DNA of 11,715 nucleotides from a virus (lineage: Duplodnaviria; Heunggongvirae; Uroviricota; Caudoviricetes). The translations under genes were made by a program, and so were the position numbers. Position 1 is the first letter of the stretch; every line of letters starts with the position of its first letter. The stretch spans positions 1 to 11,715 of IMG/VR virus record IMGVR_UViG_2778261201_000003. One strand, given 5' to 3'. Positions 7,358-11,715 of this stretch are shown here, one piece after another. The notes under the pieces were generated by a model. It saw only the letters and a list, made by a program, of their open reading frames with translations, searched no databases and had not been told where the DNA came from.

Positions 7358-7558
7358 ATGAAAGCGTATTGGGACTCTTTAACCAAAGAACAGCAGGGCG
7401 AGTTGGCCGGAAAAGTTGGCTCAACACCAGGCTACTTACGGCTGGTTTTCAATGGTTATAAAAAAGCCAGTTTTGTGCTGGCTAAAAAACTTGAGCAATG
7501 CACGTCAGGTGCAATTACGAAATCTGACTTAAGACCGGATATCTATCCGAAAGATTAA
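7358..7558 (+). CDS. Cro-like small HTH regulator (YdaS-like)
   Basis: 66-aa ORF from ATG 7358 with GGAGG at 7343-7347; the upstream ATG at 7334 lacks an RBS; motif GAITKSDLRPDIYP resembles Cro/YdaS-type proteins; divergent from the repressor. Confidence 0.7.
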   Translation: MKAYWDSLTKEQQGELAGKVGSTPGYLRLVFNGYKKASFVLAKKLEQCTSGAITKSDLRPDIYPKD

Positions 7559-7589
7559 CAGAACACCTTCAATTTTTAACCACAGAACG

Positions 7590-8102
7590 ATGAGGCTAAC
7601 CGTGGGTAAGCATCACTGGAAAGTAGAAAAACAGCCTGAGTGGTACGTGAAAGCTGTCAGAAAAACTATCGCGGCGTTGCCGGGGGGTTACGCTGAAGCT
7701 GCTGAGTGGCTGGATGTAACAGAGAACGCTTTATTCAACCGCCTTCGTGCAGATGGCGATCAGATTTTCCCGCTGGGATGGGCAATGATTTTACAGCGCG
7801 CGGCTGGCACTCACTACATTGCGGATGCTGTCGCACAGTCTGCTGGTGGGGTGTTTGTATCGCTTCCTGAAATTGAGGAAGTAGAGAACGCCGATATAAA
7901 CCAGCGCCTGCTGGAAGTCATCGAACAGATCGGGAGTTACTCAAAGCAGATTCGTTCGGCAATCGAAGATGGGGTATCTGATTTTCCCCTGTCCCCACAT
8001 CCCGTTTCGCTGCTTCTCCCAAACCAACCTTTCAAATATTTTTCTGAATCAGGTGATATTTCGCCTCTTCTCCTGTTTTTACAACAGGAGAAGCACTCAT
8101 GA
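7590..8102 (+). CDS. CII-like phage regulatory protein (putative, 186 CII/CP76-like)
   Basis: 170-aa ORF directly after the cro-like gene; size and position match CII of 186-type phages; real start may be GTG 7602 (GAGG RBS); stop overlaps the invertase start (ATGA). Confidence 0.5.
   Translation: MRLTVGKHHWKVEKQPEWYVKAVRKTIAALPGGYAEAAEWLDVTENALFNRLRADGDQIFPLGWAMILQRAAGTHYIADAVAQSAGGVFVSLPEIEEVENADINQRLLEVIEQIGSYSKQIRSAIEDGVSDFPLSPHPVSLLLPNQPFKYFSESGDISPLLLFLQQEKHS
8067..8093. promoter_or_regulatory. 27-bp perfect palindrome covering the invertase RBS
   Basis: CTTCTCCTGTT-tttac-AACAGGAGAAG (11-bp arms); the right arm contains the invertase Shine-Dalgarno AGGAG. Confidence 0.4.
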
Positions 8103-8662
8103 TTTACGGGTATGTTCGTGTATCAACAAATCATCAGGATACAGAGTTGCAACGTCTTGCACTTGAGTCAGCTGGCTGTGAGCGAATTTATGAAGAATAT
8201 GCCAGTGGCAGAACAGCTAATCGCCCTGTGTTAAAGGAATTAATTTCGGTGATGAAAAGTGGAGATGAGTTGATTGTCTGGAAGCTAGATCGGATAGGGA
8301 GAAATGTGCTACATGCGCTATTGATGTTTCAAAATCTGCACGAAAAAGGCGTTAATTTTCGGAGTATTACAGATGGTGTAGACCTGAAAACAGCAAGTGG
8401 TCGCTATAATTTCCGTAATATTCTTTCTGCTGCGCAGTATGAATCTGATTTGAATAGCGAGCGAACTTTAGCTGGTTTGGCTATTGCCAGATCCAAAGGC
8501 CGGATTGGTGGGCGTAGACCGAAGTTTAGCGACGAGCAGTGGCAACAGATGGGAGCGCTCATAGCGGCAGGGAAATCACGGCGTTATGTTGCACGTATCT
8601 ATAACGTTGGGCTATCAACCCTATATAAACGATTTCCTGTTACTGGCATTCAAACGAAATAA
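8099..8662 (+). CDS. Serine recombinase, Hin/Gin/Pin-family DNA invertase
   Basis: 187 aa; N-terminal MIYGYVRVSTNHQD with catalytic Ser; resolvase fold motifs (LDRIGR); C-terminal HTH (GKSRRYVARIYNVGLSTLYKR). Confidence 0.85.
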   Translation: MIYGYVRVSTNHQDTELQRLALESAGCERIYEEYASGRTANRPVLKELISVMKSGDELIVWKLDRIGRNVLHALLMFQNLHEKGVNFRSITDGVDLKTASGRYNFRNILSAAQYESDLNSERTLAGLAIARSKGRIGGRRPKFSDEQWQQMGALIAAGKSRRYVARIYNVGLSTLYKRFPVTGIQTK

Positions 8663-8702
8663 TTTAAAAGCAATTTAAAGAGTTATTTGTCTAATGTTGG
8701 AA

Positions 8703-8738
8703 GCCGCAGCCACGTCGTATGCAAGAACGTGCTGCGGC
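8703..8738. other. GC-rich hairpin in the convergent intergenic region (possible bidirectional terminator or binding site)
   Basis: GCCGCAGC(C)ACG pairs with CGTGCTGCGGC across a 13-nt loop; no clear U-tract on either strand. Confidence 0.35.
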
Positions 8739-8805
8739 TGGCTGGCGAACTTTCGATAGTGCGAGTATTGAATGATTTCCAGCCGTTACCGATTTTACGT
8801 GTTAA

Positions 8806-9054
8806 TTAGTGAACAAACCACTCGTCAGCAGATTCCCAGGTATCTTTCAGAGTCTCCTGAACAAAAGTTTTTGCAGAATCCTTATCTGCGGTGCGTGTAA
8901 CAGAAAGGCCATCGTTGCTGGTGGCTTTTACGATCACCTCTACATCGTCATAACGTTTACTGATGCGTCGGGTTAATTCTTCCTTTAACGCATCCACAGC
9001 ACCGGTTGGCATTTTAGTCATTTTTTCTTTGGCTATGCAGATTTCAATACGCAT
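8806..9054 (-). CDS. DinI-family DNA-damage-inducible protein
   Basis: 82 aa, [11 protein letters not shown]...[11 protein letters not shown] parallels E. coli DinI (MRIEVTIAK...ETWESADDWFV); two LexA boxes immediately upstream. Confidence 0.85.
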   Translation of the reverse strand: MRIEICIAKEKMTKMPTGAVDALKEELTRRISKRYDDVEVIVKATSNDGLSVTRTADKDSAKTFVQETLKDTWESADEWFVH

Positions 9055-9067
9055 AAAAGTCCCTCTA

Positions 9068-9115
9068 TACTGTGTTTGTATACAGTATTATTTTTAACTG
9101 TATGGATAAACAGTG
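9068..9115 (-). promoter_or_regulatory. Two tandem LexA (SOS) boxes over the DinI-like promoter
   Basis: TACTGTGTTTGTATACAGTA (9068-9087) and AACTGTATGGATAAACAGTG (9096-9115), both CTGT-N8-ACAG; minus-strand -35 TTGACA (9119-9114) and a -10 TAAAAA-like hexamer overlap them. Confidence 0.75.
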
Positions 9116-10213
9116 TCAAGAGGTCTTATTTCTGCTCCTTTGGAGCTCTTCAAAACGATTATGTAAAGATTTCGGATACAGTTCGGTATATACCTGCCAT
9201 AGCACGTTTAATGAACGATGCCCTGTGACCTGGGCGACTTCCTCAATACTAAAACCAGCCTCAAATAAGCGACTTGCCCCTTCTCTACGCAAATCATGGT
9301 ATCGCAGATCCTTAATACCTAATTTGCTTCTTACCCTCTGAAATCCCGCAGTAACAGAAGTGCTGTTATATGGAAAAATGAATTCCGATTTTTTGGGCTG
9401 TCGTTGGACGATATCCCAGGCTTCCCCAAGCAAGGCTACTTTCATGTGGTTGCCTTCCTTTTTGCGTGGATCTTTCCTGTCTCTTACGAGTATAGATTTT
9501 TGTTCCTGGTCGAGATCTTCCCATCGTAACCGGCATACTTCTCCGATCCGCATACAGGACCACACAGAAAATTTGAGGATATCAACGAACGGAATTTTTG
9601 AGCATTTATGAGTAGATCGTTGTTGAAGGCCTTCAATGAGCATGTCCAGTTCATCAGATGCTGGTCTACGATTACGACGGTTTGATTTACCAATCAAACC
9701 AAGTTTAAGTAGATATGGGCGAGCGCTTTTCGCCGGGTTTGATGTGTAATTAATTCCGTATACAGGTTTGGCCGCATCCAGAACACTGCCAAGATAACTA
9801 ACATCGTGGCTGACTGTTGCTGGACCTGCACCAGCGTTGTTTCTTAGCCTGCAATGTTCAATTACGTCATTTTCTGTCAGTTCAGATAGTTTGATCGCGG
9901 AGATGTCACTATCCATAAGCAGTTCCAGCACATATCTTTTAGTACGGCCTGCTTTACCTCCGGCATTTGGGTCATTTAAATATTTGTGTAGTAAGTCACG
10001 GACTGTAAGTCCGTCAACTGCATTTGATGATGGAATGCCATATAGATCTAATTCCATCACTTTCTGTGTTCCCCATGTTTTGGCATGAGCATGTTTAGGG
10101 AATGTTTTGCTTTCCCTGTAAGTGATAACACCTTTTTCTTTGATAATCACATTACAGCGATAGCGTGGTGTGCCATCGGATTTTAGTCGTTTCTCTATGT
10201 TATAGTACGCCAT
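9116..10213 (-). CDS. int: Tyrosine recombinase, dusA-associated integrase
   Basis: 365 aa; C-terminal catalytic region with R...HDLR...GH...Y pattern (RYHDLRREGA, VTGHRSLNVLWQVYTELY); divergent from and adjacent to the dusA 5' end. Confidence 0.9.
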   Translation of the reverse strand: MAYYNIEKRLKSDGTPRYRCNVIIKEKGVITYRESKTFPKHAHAKTWGTQKVMELDLYGIPSSNAVDGLTVRDLLHKYLNDPNAGGKAGRTKRYVLELLMDSDISAIKLSELTENDVIEHCRLRNNAGAGPATVSHDVSYLGSVLDAAKPVYGINYTSNPAKSARPYLLKLGLIGKSNRRNRRPASDELDMLIEGLQQRSTHKCSKIPFVDILKFSVWSCMRIGEVCRLRWEDLDQEQKSILVRDRKDPRKKEGNHMKVALLGEAWDIVQRQPKKSEFIFPYNSTSVTAGFQRVRSKLGIKDLRYHDLRREGASRLFEAGFSIEEVAQVTGHRSLNVLWQVYTELYPKSLHNRFEELQRSRNKTS

Positions 10214-10232
10214 TACACGACCTCGTTATTTC

Positions 10233-10268
10233 GGGTTCCCATAAAACGTGGGAACCTGTGCGGGAACC
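10233..10268. promoter_or_regulatory. GGGAACC repeat cluster between int and dusA (candidate arm-type or promoter sites)
   Basis: GGGTTCCC (10233-10240), GGGAACC (10249-10255), GGGAACC (10262-10268); a further GGGAACC at 1236-1242 just inside attL. Confidence 0.35.
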
Positions 10269-10288
10269 TAACGCGAGAAAAATAGCCT

Positions 10289-10411
10289 GAAATGTTCAAA
10301 AATGCACGATAATCATGAAACACAAAAAATTAATCAAACCAGCGTGATGCCTGAAAAAACTGGTGTTTACTGGAATTCTCGGTTTAGCATTGCTCCTATG
10401 CTCGACTGGAC
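10289..10411 (+). repeat. attR-side copy of the dusA 5' region (island-supplied 5' end fused to native dusA)
   Basis: About 81% identical to 1065-1187; downstream of ~10406 the sequence continues as intact dusA. Confidence 0.65.
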
Positions 10412-11339
10412 GGACAGACATTGCCGCTATTTCTTGCGTCTGCTTTCCCGCAATACGTTGCTGTATACCGAAATGGTGACCACAGGGGCGATTATTCACG
10501 GTAAAGGTGATTACCTGGCGTACAGTGAAGAAGAACATCCGGTAGCGTTGCAACTCGGCGGTAGCGATCCGGCGGCGCTGGCACAGTGTGCGAAGCTGGC
10601 AGAAGCGCGTGGATATGATGAGATCAACCTGAATGTCGGCTGCCCGTCTGACCGGGTGCAGAACGGCATGTTTGGTGCGTGTCTGATGGGTAATGCGCAG
10701 CTGGTTGCCGACTGTGTGAAAGCGATGCGCGATGTGGTGTCGATTCCAGTGACGGTGAAAACGCGTATTGGCATCGATGACCAGGACAGCTATGAATTTC
10801 TCTGCGATTTCATCAACACTGTTTCCGGCAAAGGCGAGTGTGAGATGTTTATCATCCACGCACGTAAAGCCTGGCTTTCGGGGTTAAGCCCGAAAGAAAA
10901 CCGTGAAATCCCGCCGCTCGATTATCCGCGTGTGTATCAACTGAAGCGTGACTTTCCGCATCTGACAATGTCGATTAACGGTGGTATCAAGTCGCTGGAA
11001 GAGGCCAAAGCACACCTGCAACATATGGATGGCGTGATGGTCGGGCGCGAGGCGTATCAGAATCCGGGTATTCTGGCGGCGGTAGACCGGGAGATCTTTG
11101 GTTCCTCGGATACCGATGCCGATCCGGTGGCGGTAGTGCGCGCCATGTATCCGTACATTGAGCGTGAACTCAGCCAGGGGACGTATCTCGGCCATATTAC
11201 CCGGCATATGCTGGGTTTGTTCCAGGGTATTCCTGGCGCGCGGCAGTGGCGGCGTTATTTAAGTGAAAATGCCCATAAAGCGGGTGCTGACATTAACGTG
11301 CTGGAACACGCGCTCAAACTGGTGGCGGATAAGCGTTAA
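10302..11339 (+). CDS. dusA: tRNA-dihydrouridine synthase A
   Basis: 345-aa ORF recognised as E. coli DusA throughout; the first ~35 codons ([32 protein letters not shown]) differ from the displaced copy at 1078 and are island-derived. Confidence 0.95.
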   Translation: MHDNHETQKINQTSVMPEKTGVYWNSRFSIAPMLDWTDRHCRYFLRLLSRNTLLYTEMVTTGAIIHGKGDYLAYSEEEHPVALQLGGSDPAALAQCAKLAEARGYDEINLNVGCPSDRVQNGMFGACLMGNAQLVADCVKAMRDVVSIPVTVKTRIGIDDQDSYEFLCDFINTVSGKGECEMFIIHARKAWLSGLSPKENREIPPLDYPRVYQLKRDFPHLTMSINGGIKSLEEAKAHLQHMDGVMVGREAYQNPGILAAVDREIFGSSDTDADPVAVVRAMYPYIERELSQGTYLGHITRHMLGLFQGIPGARQWRRYLSENAHKAGADINVLEHALKLVADKR

Positions 11340-11368
11340 CTTTTCACCAAAAAGTAGTCAAATTCACC

Positions 11369-11398
11369 ACGCCCTGCGCACCGTCGCGGGGCGTTTTG
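11369..11398 (+). terminator. Candidate intrinsic terminator after dusA
   Basis: ACGCCCTGCG, loop CACCGT, CGCGGGGCGT (one mismatch), followed by TTTT. Confidence 0.5.
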
Positions 11399-11419
11399 CT
11401 GTTAAATCAATAGATTATT

Positions 11420-11440
11420 TTTGGCATGATTCTTGTAATG
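11420..11440 (+). promoter_or_regulatory. Candidate sigma-54 promoter for pspG
   Basis: TGGCAT-N5-TTGTA (11422-11437) approximates the -24/-12 consensus TGGCAC-N5-TTGCA; pspG is known to be PspF/sigma-54 dependent. Confidence 0.4.
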
Positions 11441-11472
11441 CCAGCAAGAGATTTCATATTTGGGAGAGCATC

Positions 11473-11715
11473 ATGCTGGAACTACTTTTTGTGATTGGCT
11501 TTTTTGTCATGCTGATGGTCACCGGCGTTTCGTTGCTGGGCATTATCGCCGCGCTGGTTGTGGCGACGGCCATTATGTTCCTCGGCGGTATGCTGGCATT
11601 GATGATTAAGTTGCTGCCGTGGTTACTACTGGCGATTGCGGTGGTGTGGGTTATTAAGGCGATTAAAGCACCAAAAATGCCGAAATATCAGCGTTATGAC
11701 CGCTGGCGTTACTAA
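11473..11715 (+). CDS. pspG: Phage shock protein G
   Basis: 80-aa hydrophobic protein MLELLFVIGFFVML...KYQRYDRWRY; GGGAGAG RBS at 11462-11468. The 150-aa ORF from 11263 is an unsupported upstream extension overlapping dusA. Confidence 0.9.
   Translation: MLELLFVIGFFVMLMVTGVSLLGIIAALVVATAIMFLGGMLALMIKLLPWLLLAIAVVWVIKAIKAPKMPKYQRYDRWRY

Larger units (their letters stand above)
1065..10411. mobile_element. dusA-integrated phage-derived island (~9.2 kb), cryptic prophage or satellite-like, bounded by attL and attR
   Basis: Imperfect direct repeat of the dusA 5' end at both ends; tyrosine integrase adjacent to dusA; CI/Cro/CII module; no structural or replication genes seen. Confidence 0.7.

Noticed and set aside
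7590-8700. Invertible DNA segment flanked by inverted crossover sites near the invertase
   Set aside because: Only one palindromic candidate site (8067-8093) was found; no inverted partner or cargo segment is evident in the window.
7000-9693. ORFs antisense to the CI-like gene (7000-7182, 7055-7324, 7101-7295), within the CII-like/invertase junction (7969-8166) and antisense to the integrase (9072-9341, 9360-9611, 9366-9563, 9484-9693, 9837-10088)
   Set aside because: They overlap confidently assigned genes and have no independent support.
10296-11207. Minus-strand ORFs antisense to dusA (10296-10859, 10511-10774, 10884-11207)
   Set aside because: They lie entirely within the well-supported dusA coding region on the opposite strand and are not protein-like.
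11263-11715. 150-aa ORF extending pspG upstream into dusA
   Set aside because: The extension overlaps the dusA 3' end in another frame; the recognisable PspG sequence begins at ATG 11473 with its own RBS.
1-11715. CRISPR arrays, tRNA or rRNA genes
   Set aside because: No regularly spaced direct repeats and no tRNA-like motifs were seen; the island targets a protein-coding gene (dusA), not a tRNA.

Overview
This window looks like an E. coli-type chromosome carrying a roughly 9.2-kb phage-derived island inserted into the 5' end of dusA. From left to right: a low-GC yjbM-like gene (1-714) with a terminator; a displaced copy of the native dusA 5' end (1078-1200, attL side); the island (about 1183-10300); then intact dusA (10302-11339), whose first ~35 codons are island-supplied, and pspG (11473-11715). 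The island has a lambdoid regulatory core: a CI-like repressor with a LexA-type S24 autoprotease domain (6593-7267, -), divergent Cro-like and CII-like genes, a Hin/Gin/Pin-family serine invertase, a DinI-family gene behind two consensus LexA boxes, and a tyrosine integrase next to dusA. Leftward from a pL-like promoter runs an operon encoding a ClpX-type zinc-ribbon protein, an RdgC-like protein, a YfdR-like HD-domain protein, a DUF551 protein, a DEDDh exonuclease and a PrtN-like protein. I found no capsid, tail, lysis, terminase or replication genes, no tRNA/rRNA and no CRISPR array. The most unusual stretch is a ~350-bp GC-rich, hairpin-dense, non-coding segment (about 5398-5745) inside the otherwise AT-rich leftward operon, next to a reverse-oriented small gene with its own promoter-like and terminator-like signals. 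All calls rest on reading the sequence and on protein families recalled from memory; no searches were run.
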